Positions 8,094 to 18,261 are shown, counted from the first letter of the stretch. The stretch: DNA of 64,000 nt from an uncultured Actinomycetota bacterium (GCA_964462595.1 CAYWXM010000058.1:90-64089); one strand, 5' to 3'. Notes: generated from the sequence alone by a model not told the origin. Numbers and translations are program-made.

Positions 8094-8313
8094 TCCCGAT
8101 CTTCCTCCGTTGATATTACCTTTATCTCACCTGCTTGAAGCGGTGTTCTCCCTTCAAACTCATAGACGAACCGTCTTCGCCATATGATCCGGCAAACGGA
8201 ACCTTCTAAGATATAATATACGCTTTTGTGTATCGGTTACCCTGCAAGCGGGGTAAATACCGTATTTTTCGCCCCCACCTCGCCCCACCTTTTTTGTCTG
8301 CGTCAACCCGGTA

Positions 8314-9378
8314 TCACGCCCGCAGCTCGACCACCAGGTCGCCGTCGGAGAGTATCTCCCAATTGCGGCTGACGCTATCGTTGTCCGTGCCCATCTCGTA
8401 CAGGGCCTGGATGATGCCCACCAGGAAATATGGCAGGCAGGGGTTTTCTATGAACACGGTACATCTCTTATCGTCCGCGTCTATCTTCCTCACGTTTCCC
8501 AGGCCGCGCAGACCCGCCATATCCCTGTAGCGGCGCTGATCGACCAGGGCGTCTTCGCGCCCCAGGATCTTGCGCACGAACCGTCGCTGTTCCTCGATGA
8601 CCGCCTCATCAATGGCCAGCCCCAACTCGGCTTGTATGTCATCCAGTATCGTCTCGATACTGTCCGGGGAGAAGACGGCCATGCGCCTGCCCGTACCCGT
8701 ATCGAATATTGTGCCGGCCTCGAGATTCCAGTGGCACCTGGCCACTTCCAACGGCACCCCGCAGGAAGGGCATCTCTCATATCTCATATCTCCGGGCTTG
8801 TAACTGTATTGCCCTCTTCTCGGGCCCGGGCGCATCTCCAGGGGGTGCTTTCCCGCGCGCATGGTTACTAAATATTCGTAGTCTCCAGCCCGTTCCCACG
8901 ATACCGAGAAATCCCGCCCGTCCATGGCTTCCTTCGCACCCAGGCTGTCCCCGCAGAACAGGGGCAGTGAATATGGATGCCTTATGGAGATGGTCTGAAA
9001 GTCCTTCTCGTCGTTCTTGCTGTGCAGCTCGAGTAAGCTGATATCGCCGTAGCCATAATGGCGTCCCATCGCGCTGATACGCCTGGACAGGATGCCGGGG
9101 CCGAAATGGTGCAGCACCTTACGCCTTGTGGGGGAGATCTGCTTTTCCATGTAATCCCTGGTCATGCGGCGTTTGCTCTCGATGACCATACGCTCTAAGG
9201 GATTACCGATGCGTTCTTCCAGGTCCTCGAAGATCTCGCCCAGGAATTCCGATTCCAGGAACACCATGCGATGATCGGGATCTTTCGCCTGGGTGATAAC
9301 GCCGTTGCCCTGCCAGACCAGGTCCCTGCTGATACCCAGCGGCACGCCGCATTGCCTGCATCTCCTGATCCTGCCCAT
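8314..9378 (-). CDS. Hypothetical protein with two internal repeats (CxxCGVP + V4R-like)
   Basis: RCRQCGVPL..W..GVI and RCPSCGVPL..W..GTI halves. Start placed at MGRIRR because the longer ORF overlaps the upstream gene. Confidence 0.75.
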   Translation of the reverse strand: MGRIRRCRQCGVPLGISRDLVWQGNGVITQAKDPDHRMVFLESEFLGEIFEDLEERIGNPLERMVIESKRRMTRDYMEKQISPTRRKVLHHFGPGILSRRISAMGRHYGYGDISLLELHSKNDEKDFQTISIRHPYSLPLFCGDSLGAKEAMDGRDFSVSWERAGDYEYLVTMRAGKHPLEMRPGPRRGQYSYKPGDMRYERCPSCGVPLEVARCHWNLEAGTIFDTGTGRRMAVFSPDSIETILDDIQAELGLAIDEAVIEEQRRFVRKILGREDALVDQRRYRDMAGLRGLGNVRKIDADDKRCTVFIENPCLPYFLVGIIQALYEMGTDNDSVSRNWEILSDGDLVVELRA

Positions 9379-9568
9379 AGCTCGCCTCTCGGAGCGATCG
9401 CCGAAAAAGGCCGCTCCGCCACGCCGTATCCGGTTGCTTTGTCCTTGTGTTATGAGAAATCGGAACGTGCAAACCGTGTCTTTACCAAAGCGACCATTTG
9501 ATATGGAAAGGGCAAGTCCCTCAGTCAGGCATGACGCGGACCTTAAAAGTCCGCACCTCATGCTTTTC

Positions 9569-11155
9569 TCAACTCGCTCGGCTATTGTCCTCGTCGCCGG
9601 CGACGAAGCGGGAATAGCGCGCCAGTTTTCCAGCCACGCGAACCGCCCTTTCCGGGGTGGTGGCGGTAAAGACTCCGGTATTACGCATGCGGAAGGAAGC
9701 GGACCTCTCGCCTTCGTTGACGGCCACGGCGATGATGGGCTTCTTCTCCTCATCCATCAACTTCTTGATGCGGCTGACGGTCGCGGTATCGGTCCACTGC
9801 CAGGCCTCGGTGGGATTGATCCCCCCCGAGCCCTCGGGGTTGCGTTCGCCTCCCCGCTTGATGGAATCGCGGAATCCCTTCCATATGGAGAGCTGGAAAC
9901 GTGGCAGCATGGTAAGGCGGTGGCGCACCATATTGAGGAAGGGGCGCACCGCCGTCTTGAAAAGGTTCTCCAGCCAGAAATCCCGGCCCAGCAGGGTGCC
10001 CATGGTGATTATCATGTCCACCTCGTCGCAGGTGGCAAGGGCGTCTAAGACGCGGTAGTGGTTTCCCCTCTGCGCGTTGCCCACGATATCCACCGGGTTG
10101 CGCCGGCTCCAGAAAGACGGCAGGTACTTATCGAGTTCCTCTATCACTTCGTCGGGGAGCACCGCCAGATCCAGGCCCTCGCGGTCGAACGAATCCGCAG
10201 CCGCCACCCCCCATCCACCTCCCAGGGTCATCACTCCCACCTTAGAGCCCCTTGGAACGGGCAGGGAGGAAAAAGCGGCGGCCAGGTCCACCAGTTCCTC
10301 CGTGGTCTCGGCCTCGACTACCCCCGCCTGCTCCATGGCCCCCCGGAAGAGCTCGAAGGGCCCGGCCAGGGAGCCGGAATGGGAGAGCACCGCCCTCTCA
10401 CCCTGACGCCCCTTGCCCGCTTTGAGCGCTATTACCGGCTTGTGGGGGGTGATACGGCGCGCCACCTCGAGGAACCTCCTGCCGTCCTTTATCCCCTCGA
10501 TATACAGGATGATGGTGCCGGTCTCCGGGTCGTCGCCAAGGTATTCAAGCCAGTCGCTGATATCGGTGTTTGCGGCGTTGCCGCTGCCCACGAAACGGCT
10601 GAACCCCACCCCCTTGCGGTTACCCCAGGTCATGAGCTGCACGCCGAGGTTGCCGCTCTGGGAGATGAAACCCACGTCGCCTTTGAGGGGAAATACCGGC
10701 GCTCCCAGGCAGCAGAGGTTGCTCGTCTTGCTGTATATACCCATGGTATTGGGGCCGACGATGGTGATGCCCGCCTCGTTCGCGATATCCGCCAAGTGCT
10801 GTTCCAGGCGGGCGCCCTCCTCCCCCACCTCACTGAAGTTGGAGGAGACGACCACGGCGTTACGGATCCCTTTTTCCGCCGCCTCCAGCAGCGTTTCCTC
10901 AACCCTGCGGGCGGGGATAGCCACCACCAACAGGTCCACTTCCTCCTCGATGTCCCGGAGAGAGGGATAGGCCGGAAAGCCCAGAACGTATTTTTCGCGC
11001 GGGTTGACCATGAACATCTCGCCCCGGTACCCGCCACCGATCATGTTCATGGGCATGTTGAACCCCCACTTGCCGAGGGTGTTGGAGGCCCCCACCACGG
11101 CCACGGTTCGCGGGTTGAAGAGCCTGTCAAAATCGCGCTCGAATCCGCCCTGCAT
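9569..11155 (-). CDS. Acetate/acyl-CoA ligase (ADP-forming) alpha subunit
   Basis: LFNPRTVAVVGAS, GPNTMG, ISQSGNLG, SHSGSLAG (phospho-His), NPVDI. Confidence 0.9.
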   Translation of the reverse strand: MQGGFERDFDRLFNPRTVAVVGASNTLGKWGFNMPMNMIGGGYRGEMFMVNPREKYVLGFPAYPSLRDIEEEVDLLVVAIPARRVEETLLEAAEKGIRNAVVVSSNFSEVGEEGARLEQHLADIANEAGITIVGPNTMGIYSKTSNLCCLGAPVFPLKGDVGFISQSGNLGVQLMTWGNRKGVGFSRFVGSGNAANTDISDWLEYLGDDPETGTIILYIEGIKDGRRFLEVARRITPHKPVIALKAGKGRQGERAVLSHSGSLAGPFELFRGAMEQAGVVEAETTEELVDLAAAFSSLPVPRGSKVGVMTLGGGWGVAAADSFDREGLDLAVLPDEVIEELDKYLPSFWSRRNPVDIVGNAQRGNHYRVLDALATCDEVDMIITMGTLLGRDFWLENLFKTAVRPFLNMVRHRLTMLPRFQLSIWKGFRDSIKRGGERNPEGSGGINPTEAWQWTDTATVSRIKKLMDEEKKPIIAVAVNEGERSASFRMRNTGVFTATTPERAVRVAGKLARYSRFVAGDEDNSRAS

Positions 11156-11574
11156 GCCCTATCCTTCCGTTATGGGGTCATGTCTTGTTCTGGGCATGGA
11201 TCAACATACCGCAAACCGGCATGAGAAGCTGCTTCGACACGACTGCATCGCCGGACTTTACCCCGTACCCGAACGCCCGGCCGCCCGCGTGCTGGCGCCA
11301 CGAACGTTTTTCTCCTCACGGCAAACGCGTAAACCCGGCCCTCTTCACGTCCTCGTTCCGCGGAACCCATATAAGCTTCCGCGCGCTAACAATTAAAAAT
11401 AACCGGTCTTGTCAGGCCGGCTTCTAGCCAATCCAAAACGTAGGACAATATTATACTGAAAGATTTTTCTTCTTCAAGGGCACCCTTGCCACGCAACCTA
11501 TTCCCTCCAACTCCTTCACTCCTGTTAAAATTACTCCCCTGCGCGCTGCCCCGGGTTGAGCGAGGTCAACCGTC

Positions 11575-12009
11575 TCATGCTCTCGGCCACTCCTCCTCGC
11601 TTTTCTTGGTAAAGATGCCGCATACCAGATCCTCGCGGCTCACAATACCTATCAACTGCTTTTTCTCCACCACCATGAGCAGGCGGACGTTAGCGTCGAA
11701 CATCTTCTCCACCGCCTCCTGGGCGGTGGCGTCAGGGGATATCGTCTGTGGCGGCACGCGCATTACGTCCTTCGCCTTTTCCGCCAGCTGAGAAGCGGGC
11801 CGGGTCATGACGAACAGCTTGAGGATATCCGAATCCCTGACCATGCCGACGAGTTCCTTTTTTTCGTTGACCACCGGAAATCCGGCGTAGCGATAGCGCT
11901 GGAACCTCCATACCAGGTCCTCCAGGGGCTCGTTCTCGCTGACGCTGATCACGCCGGAGCTCATGAACTCCCTGACCGGCCGGTTCGACAATACGTACAT
12001 GTTGGGCAT
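11575..12009 (-). CDS. CBS domain protein
   Basis: Two CBS repeats (VREFMS...FPVV...LVGMV; AKDVM...LIGIVSREDL). Confidence 0.9.
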   Translation of the reverse strand: MPNMYVLSNRPVREFMSSGVISVSENEPLEDLVWRFQRYRYAGFPVVNEKKELVGMVRDSDILKLFVMTRPASQLAEKAKDVMRVPPQTISPDATAQEAVEKMFDANVRLLMVVEKKQLIGIVSREDLVCGIFTKKSEEEWPRA

Positions 12010-12011
12010 CC

Positions 12012-13262
12012 TTAACCCTCCTTTTTTTTCTTTACCACGTGCGCTTCACCCGCCTTGATCACGGCGTAACGGGTGCAGGGCGGCCCGATAAGCTGGAAGA
12101 CCAGCGTGGTGGCAGCGATGATCGTGATGGCTATGGCGCCCAGCTCCATACCTGCCGTTCCGAACTCGGGAACGCTGAACTCTAGCATGGTCTCGATAGA
12201 CAGCCCGATGGCCACGCCGGCCTGGGAAAAAAGGCATAATCCAAGATAACGGGAAACCGCGCTTGGGGCTTTGCCGATGCGCGCCCCCACGTATGTCCCC
12301 GACTGCTTGCCTATGGTGCGGAATACCACGTAGAGCAGGCCTATAACGCCCAGGGAAGCCAGCTTGCTCACGTCCAATCTCGCTCCCACCAGCACGAAGA
12401 AAAGCATGAAGAGCGGTGGCGTTATCCCGCGCGCCACCTCGAACAGGTCTGGCCGGCCATAGCGAGGCAGGTTGATAACGGTCATGCCGACGGCCATGTT
12501 GGCCAGGATAAGCGAGAAATTGAGGAGGTTCGCCAATCCCGTGGTGACGAGAACGGTACCGATCACGAAGATGAGTATGACAGCTCGCGAGGTTATTCTG
12601 CGCACCAGCAGCAGGAGCAGGAGCCCGACGACGAAGCCCAGGGCAAGGGCGCCCAGGATCTCCACGAAGGGCAGGAGTATAACCTTGGCATAGTTTATCG
12701 ACTCCGCTCCCGCCAGCAGTATCTTGGCGAAGAGCGCAGCGAAAGCGTAGATGGCGATGGCCAGCCCGTCGTCTATGCCCACCACGGCGAACAGGGTGGT
12801 GGTAAGGGGGCCCGATGCCTGATATTCGCGCAGCACGTCGACCGTCGCCGCGGGAGCGGTGGCCGAAGAGAGGGCGCCGAAGATGAGCGCCAGGTACAGC
12901 TTACGCGTATATATGAATACGGCGAGGGTCACGAGTATGAATGCGCCCAGCGACTCCAGGATGGAGATCCACAATATCGGCCTTCCCAGCTTGCGGAGCC
13001 CCCGCAGGGACAGCTCTCCCCCGATGTCCAATCCTATGAACCCCAGAGCCAGGAAGTTGATGAACACCAGGCTGTCGAGTGTCTCGGCATTGAGAACGCC
13101 CAGAACGGAGGTGCCCAGTATCACTCCCAGGGCTATATGCCCTACGACCTGGGGGATCTTGATTTTCTGGGTAATTATTCCAAAACCCCATCCGAGAAAC
13201 AGCGCCAGTCCCGTAACGACCAGGACCATGTCTGCATTGCGGGGAACGAGGTCCTCGAGCAT
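12012..13262 (-). CDS. Cation:proton antiporter (Na+/H+ exchanger family)
   Basis: About 12 TM helices, ATAPAATVDV, VGIDD, FFVLVGA, SQAGVAIGL. Start placed at MLEDLV. Confidence 0.9.
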   Translation of the reverse strand: MLEDLVPRNADMVLVVTGLALFLGWGFGIITQKIKIPQVVGHIALGVILGTSVLGVLNAETLDSLVFINFLALGFIGLDIGGELSLRGLRKLGRPILWISILESLGAFILVTLAVFIYTRKLYLALIFGALSSATAPAATVDVLREYQASGPLTTTLFAVVGIDDGLAIAIYAFAALFAKILLAGAESINYAKVILLPFVEILGALALGFVVGLLLLLLVRRITSRAVILIFVIGTVLVTTGLANLLNFSLILANMAVGMTVINLPRYGRPDLFEVARGITPPLFMLFFVLVGARLDVSKLASLGVIGLLYVVFRTIGKQSGTYVGARIGKAPSAVSRYLGLCLFSQAGVAIGLSIETMLEFSVPEFGTAGMELGAIAITIIAATTLVFQLIGPPCTRYAVIKAGEAHVVKKKKEG

Positions 13263-13602
13263 GCGAAAGCCTTTCGGATCGAATCCAGTTCCTTTCAAAT
13301 ATAACACTAAGGCCTTGCCGGCCGCCAAACAATGCCCGGGGCAAATAAAGAAAGCCATCCCGAGAGCCGCTCGAGGCAGGCTCGAAGACCTGCAGGGCCG
13401 CTCGGAAAAGCCTTTAACCGCGGAAAGGCCATGCCTCGCTGCGGGCCGGTCTGAATCGCCTTGCAGCCGAGCCTTCTGCTCATGTTCTATAATCATTCGG
13501 ACCAGGACATATTTAAGATATAATCTAGTAAACCATCCGCTCGGGCGGTGGCCATCGCTCAGGATGGGGACGGCCATCGCATTATCTATACGGAGGAACA
13601 CG

Positions 13603-14280
13603 ATGGAAGATTTCAGGTTGAGGGAATTTCTCAACAACCTAGAGGAGGGGCTGCGCGGTGAAGCCAGGGAACTATTCAAGCCCGAGGACTTCGACCGGGA
13701 GCAGTACATCTTCATAGATCAGGACGAGGCCACCCATCTTTACCTGGTAGAAGAGGGTACGGTAGAGGCGAATATCGTCCACGGCGACGGGAAGCTGTAC
13801 ATCCTGAATTTCCTCTATGCCGGCAACGTCTTCGGCGAGGGTGCCCTCTACGAGGAGGGCGTCTATTCCTACTCCGCCGTCGCCCGCGAGCCGTCACGGG
13901 TATGGAGGGTCAGCTGGGACGACCTGCAGTGGCTGGCCTCCCGGGATCCGCTCTTCGCCCTGTACCTGGTAAGGCTCATCGTGCACAAGCTCGACCAAGC
14001 TTACTACAAGGACCGCTGCATCGCGGGGGAGAAAGTCGAGAGGCGCATAGCGTGCGTCCTCATGAAGATCGCAGGAGAGATCGGTATAAGCGACAAGTGC
14101 GGCCTGGTGATCGACACCCCGCTTACCAACCGGGACATCGCCGGGCTCGTGGGCTCCACCGAGGAAACGGTCTCGCGCATCATGAGCCGCCTCAAGAAGG
14201 AAGAGATCATGACCACCGACGGAAAATATCTCGTCATAAAGGACAAGGACGCGTTGACGGCCTACTTCGATGGCATCTGA
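13603..14280 (+). CDS. Crp/Fnr family transcriptional regulator
   Basis: cNMP-binding fold (LYLVEEG, FGE) and HTH LTNRDIAGLVGSTEETVSR; RBS GGAGG. Confidence 0.93.
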   Translation: MEDFRLREFLNNLEEGLRGEARELFKPEDFDREQYIFIDQDEATHLYLVEEGTVEANIVHGDGKLYILNFLYAGNVFGEGALYEEGVYSYSAVAREPSRVWRVSWDDLQWLASRDPLFALYLVRLIVHKLDQAYYKDRCIAGEKVERRIACVLMKIAGEIGISDKCGLVIDTPLTNRDIAGLVGSTEETVSRIMSRLKKEEIMTTDGKYLVIKDKDALTAYFDGI

Positions 14281-14284
14281 CAGG

Positions 14285-14349
14285 ATGATCCATATCATGT
14301 AAGCGCTTGACGTGAATCATTGCTGGGGGAGAGATTGAACGACTATCTT
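14285..14349 (+). promoter_or_regulatory. Two FNR-type boxes plus -10 element
   Basis: ATGAT-N4-ATCAT (14285-14298) and TTGAC-N4-ATCAT (14307-14320); TATCTT at 14344. Confidence 0.65.
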
Positions 14350-14391
14350 AAGTACATGAAAAAGAAAAAGGTTTCTCGAGAGGAGGTAACC

Positions 14392-14535
14392 GTGACCAGC
14401 AATGATAACGGCGGAAGAGGAGGACTCTGCTGCCCTCACTGCGCTGACTCCAAGTATCCATGCGTGACCATGGAGAGGCTGATGCGAAAAGCGGAGGAGG
14501 CGGCTGCGAAAAAGAAGGAAGAGGAAGAGGAGTAG
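14392..14535 (+). CDS. Small Cys-rich protein (47 aa)
   Basis: RBS GAGGAGG then GTG; CCPHC-x5-PC followed by a charged helix; followed by a terminator. Confidence 0.65.
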   Translation: MTSNDNGGRGGLCCPHCADSKYPCVTMERLMRKAEEAAAKKKEEEEE

Positions 14536-14582
14536 GGGTTATCGCAGCCTGCTGAAAGATACAAAAAAGAAGATGCCGGTAT

Positions 14583-14607
14583 GGGCGGAGTCTCCGCCCT
14601 TTTATTT
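14583..14607 (+). terminator. Rho-independent terminator
   Basis: GGGCGGA/TCCGCCC hairpin plus TTTTATTT. Confidence 0.7.
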
Positions 14608-14720
14608 GGCCCCTCACGGGGTGAGATCCCCTGGTTTATGCGGAAACGGGAAAGAGCCCCCCGGAAAAAAACGCCATCAACCCGCGAAGCGGGAAAAGCG
14701 TCAAGGGGGGCAAGAGGTGA

Positions 14721-16526
14721 ATGGACATGGAGAATGAAGAAGGAGAGAAAAAAACCGGTGGGATGGCCGTAGGCGATGATTTCCGTTTCAGCCCGCGCCC
14801 CAACCGCGCCCGCGAGATCGCCTGGCAACCCTGGGGAGACCAGGCCTTTCGGCGTGCCGGGGATGAGGGTAAGGCGGTGCTCCTGTCCATCTCCGCGGTG
14901 TGGTGCCACTGGTGCCACGTAATGGACGAGACGTCATACTCCGACCAGGCGGTGATCGACCTCGTCAACAGCAGGTTCGTACCGGTGCGCGTGGACAGCG
15001 ACCGCAATCCCGACATCAACCGGCGTTACAACCAGGGGGGGTGGCCGACTACCGCTTTCCTCGACCCGCGCGGAAACCTTCTGGCCGGCGCCACCTACAT
15101 ACCTCCCGAGACCATGCGCGTAGCCCTGGAGAGGATATCCGAACTCTACGCCAGCCACGAAACGGTTATAGACGCGCATGAAGCGGATTCACTCTTTCAG
15201 CCGGGACAGGCGGAAAGTCTCGATCCCGGGGTGGTGGAGAGGATCGGGGCACAAATCCTGCGCTCATGGGACCGCGCCCACGGCGGTTTGGGAAGAGAGC
15301 CGAAGTTCCCGCAGGCAGAGGCCTTGTCGTTTGCCCTGGAACTCTATGCGGACGAGGGGAACCAGGAATATCTCGTCTTCGTCCGCAATACGCTGGAGGC
15401 GATGATAAGGGGTAACCTCCTGGACAAGGTGGAGGGAGGTTTCTTCCGCTATTCGACCACCAGGGACTGGTCCGTGCCCCATTACGAGAAGATGCTCTCC
15501 GATAATGCGGCACTGACCGGTGTTCTGCTCAAGGCCTACAACGTGACCGGTGCTGATATCTTCCGCCGCACGGCGGCCGAAACCGCCGACTTCATCTATC
15601 GCACTCTCAGCGACGGTATTTCCAGCTTCTACGGGAGCCAAGACGCCGACGAGCATTATTACACGCTGGGCGCCGCTGAAAGGGAGAGGCTTACCCCCCC
15701 GGCCGTGGACAAGACCGTTTACACCGATACAGCAGCGCAAGCGGCGGTAAGCCTGCTGGTTGAGGGGACGGCCCTGGGGCATGGCGAACACGTTTCCATG
15801 GCCCAGGGCGCGCTGGGATTCCTGTGGTCGCAGCTTTACCGGCCCGGGGATGGAATGGCACACTACCATGATGGGAAGGCGAGGCGCTGGGGGTTACTGG
15901 ATGACGACGCCGAAGCGGCAATCGCGTTCCTGTACGCTTTCGCATACACGGGCGAAAGGCCTTACCTGGACCGTGCGGAGACGCTTCTCCACCTCTTGCT
16001 GGACCTTCACTGGGACGAGAAAAGATCCCTGTTTATGGACACCGCCCCCGGAAAAAGCCTGCCCGGCCTGCGGCCGGAGCCCGCGGAGCCGGGCAGCCAG
16101 TCGCGCGCCGCGGAGGCCATGCTTCTCTACCGATCGTTTGGCGGAGAGGAGAAATGGCGCGATCTCGCCGGCAAGGCTTTGTCCTCGGTTGCACGGATTG
16201 CGGATGCCTACGGTTACATGGCGGCTTCTTTCGCCTCGGCCGTAAACCTGCACCTGCGCGGACCCCTGCTGGTCAAGATCGTGGGGGGCACCGTTGATAC
16301 CGCAAGGCCATTCCTCAGGGTGGCAGCCCTTTCCCCCCAGGCCAGGACGCTGCCGGCTATTTCGGAAAAAATGGGAAGAATAGATGGGGAGATATGGTCG
16401 GAGGTATGCACGTGGCAAGACTGCAGGCTGCACACTGCTGACCCGGAGACGCTGGCGCGCAATCTCGGCGTGACGGCGGAGCTGAGCGAGGAGGTGGATC
16501 AGGGTGAGGGAGGTATACCTGGATAA
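14721..16526 (+). CDS. Thioredoxin-domain protein, YyaL/SSP411 (DUF255) family
   Basis: WCHWCHVM, GGWPTT, PKFP, GGFFRYS..W.VPHYEKML.DNA. Confidence 0.9.
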   Translation: MDMENEEGEKKTGGMAVGDDFRFSPRPNRAREIAWQPWGDQAFRRAGDEGKAVLLSISAVWCHWCHVMDETSYSDQAVIDLVNSRFVPVRVDSDRNPDINRRYNQGGWPTTAFLDPRGNLLAGATYIPPETMRVALERISELYASHETVIDAHEADSLFQPGQAESLDPGVVERIGAQILRSWDRAHGGLGREPKFPQAEALSFALELYADEGNQEYLVFVRNTLEAMIRGNLLDKVEGGFFRYSTTRDWSVPHYEKMLSDNAALTGVLLKAYNVTGADIFRRTAAETADFIYRTLSDGISSFYGSQDADEHYYTLGAAERERLTPPAVDKTVYTDTAAQAAVSLLVEGTALGHGEHVSMAQGALGFLWSQLYRPGDGMAHYHDGKARRWGLLDDDAEAAIAFLYAFAYTGERPYLDRAETLLHLLLDLHWDEKRSLFMDTAPGKSLPGLRPEPAEPGSQSRAAEAMLLYRSFGGEEKWRDLAGKALSSVARIADAYGYMAASFASAVNLHLRGPLLVKIVGGTVDTARPFLRVAALSPQARTLPAISEKMGRIDGEIWSEVCTWQDCRLHTADPETLARNLGVTAELSEEVDQGEGGIPG

Positions 16527-17682
16527 TTACGCGGCGACCCCGCTGGCACCAGAGGTCAGGGAAGCCATGCTGCCTTTTCTTACACATAGCTACGGCAATC
16601 CCTCTTCCCTGCACAGCCGGGGTGACGCCGCCAGGGAGGCTGTGGAGGAGGCGCGGGGAAAAGTAGCCGGCCTCATCTCCGCCAGCCCCGAGGAGATCAT
16701 CTTCACCTCCAACGGCACAGAGGCCAACAACCTGGCGGTAAAGGGCATCGCGGCCGGCTCGCGGCGCAAGGGAAAACACGTTGTGCTCTCCGCCGTCGAG
16801 CATTTCTCGGTGCTTAATGCCGCGCGCTCCCTGGAAAAGCGGGGCTACGAACTGACGCTCGTAGGGGTGGACGAATACGGCATCATCGACCTTGACGAGC
16901 TGGCCGCAGCCATCGGCGAAGACACCGTGCTGGTCTCGGTGATGGCCGCCAACGGCGAGGTGGGCACCGTTCAACCCATAGCGGAGGCCGCCCGAATCGC
17001 GTCGGATAAGGGAGTGCCCTTCCATACCGATGCGGTAGCTGCGGCGGGATCTTTGCCCCTGGACGTAGGCGTTCTGGGCGCCAGCGCACTGTCCCTTTCC
17101 TCCGACCTCATCTACGGCCCGCAGGGCGTCGGCGCCCTGTGGATAAAACGAGGCGTTCGGCTCGTACCCATGCTCGACGGCGGCGTGCAGGAGGGGGGAC
17201 GGCGAAGCGGGACGGAGAACATGCCCGGCATCGTGGGCATGGGGAAGGCGGCGGAGCTTGTCGGGGAGAACATGGCCGCCAGAAACGCCGGTCTCTCGGA
17301 ACTGCGTGATGCCCTCGCAGACGGCCTGACCGGGGGGATAGAGCACTTGTATCTCACCGGACATCCAACCCGGCGCCTGCCGTGGAACGCCAGCTTCGTG
17401 GTGGAGTTCATCGAGGGGGAGGGCATGCTGCTTTTCCTGGACCAGCAGGGAGTGGCGGTTTCCAGCGGCTCTGCATGTACGTCGCGGGCGCTCAAGGGTT
17501 CACACGTTCTCTCCGCGTGCGGTATCCCCGCGGAGAGAGCCCAGGGCTCCATACTCTTCAGTTTCGGCCTCCAGAACACCCGCGAGGACGTGGATCATGT
17601 CCTGGAGGTATTCCCCCCCATCGTGGAGAGATTGAGGCAGATGTCGCCCCTGTACGCGAAATTCAAGAAGGAAGGGGGGTAA
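16504..17682 (+). CDS. iscS: IscS/NifS-like cysteine desulfurase homolog (PLP lysine replaced)
   Basis: YLDNYAATP, GNPSSLH, FTSNGTEANN, SGTEN, SSGSACTS; the SxHK motif reads SSDL. Confidence 0.9.
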   Translation: MREVYLDNYAATPLAPEVREAMLPFLTHSYGNPSSLHSRGDAAREAVEEARGKVAGLISASPEEIIFTSNGTEANNLAVKGIAAGSRRKGKHVVLSAVEHFSVLNAARSLEKRGYELTLVGVDEYGIIDLDELAAAIGEDTVLVSVMAANGEVGTVQPIAEAARIASDKGVPFHTDAVAAAGSLPLDVGVLGASALSLSSDLIYGPQGVGALWIKRGVRLVPMLDGGVQEGGRRSGTENMPGIVGMGKAAELVGENMAARNAGLSELRDALADGLTGGIEHLYLTGHPTRRLPWNASFVVEFIEGEGMLLFLDQQGVAVSSGSACTSRALKGSHVLSACGIPAERAQGSILFSFGLQNTREDVDHVLEVFPPIVERLRQMSPLYAKFKKEGG

Positions 17683-17687
17683 GGGTC

Positions 17688-18071
17688 ATGGCACAATACA
17701 GCGACACCGTTATGGACCATTTCAGCAACCCTCGCAACGTGGGAGAGATCGAGGACGCGGACGGCGTGGGTGAGGTCGGAAACCCCGTTTGCGGGGACAT
17801 GATGACCTTTTATATCAAGGTGGACGATAAAGACCGCCTTGAGGACGTGAAATTCAAGACCTTCGGCTGTGGGGCGGCCATAGCCGTCTCCAGCATGGTC
17901 AGCGAGATGGCCAGGGGAAAGACCGTAGACGAGGCTTTGAAGATATCACGAGACGACGTGGCGCAGGAACTGGGCGGGCTTCCCAAGCAGAAGCTACACT
18001 GCTCCAACCTCGGTGCTGACGCCCTGCACCTGGCCATCGAAGATTACCTGAGCAGGAAAGGAACGAGTTGA
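17688..18071 (+). CDS. iscU: Fe-S scaffold IscU/NifU
   Basis: DHFSNPRNVG, NPVCGD, FKTFGCGAAIA, LPKQKLHCSNL. Confidence 0.95.
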   Translation: MAQYSDTVMDHFSNPRNVGEIEDADGVGEVGNPVCGDMMTFYIKVDDKDRLEDVKFKTFGCGAAIAVSSMVSEMARGKTVDEALKISRDDVAQELGGLPKQKLHCSNLGADALHLAIEDYLSRKGTS

Positions 18072-18072
18072 G

Positions 18073-18261
18073 ATGGAGGAAGGGAAGAAAGTAGAGGCCA
18101 GCGCATGCAAATGCCCGTATTGCGATGCTGACCTCGAGCTTATGGAAGAGCTTTTGCAGTTCTGCAAGCCGTGCAGCATAACCATTATTACCTGCGCGGA
18201 ATGCGGCGGCATGGTCAGGGAGGGCGCGGAAAGATGCCCCGAATGCGGCGCAAAACTCTGA
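18073..18261 (+). CDS. Small double zinc-ribbon protein
   Basis: Four CxxC pairs in 62 aa. Confidence 0.75.
   Translation: MEEGKKVEASACKCPYCDADLELMEELLQFCKPCSITIITCAECGGMVREGAERCPECGAKL

Noticed and set aside
12859-13715. Long overlapping N-terminal extensions of the antiporter and Crp ORFs (also rnd to 32408, MerR to 36240, IscU from 17382)
   Set aside because: These are high-GC open-frame artefacts; internal starts with an RBS and family-typical N-termini fit better.
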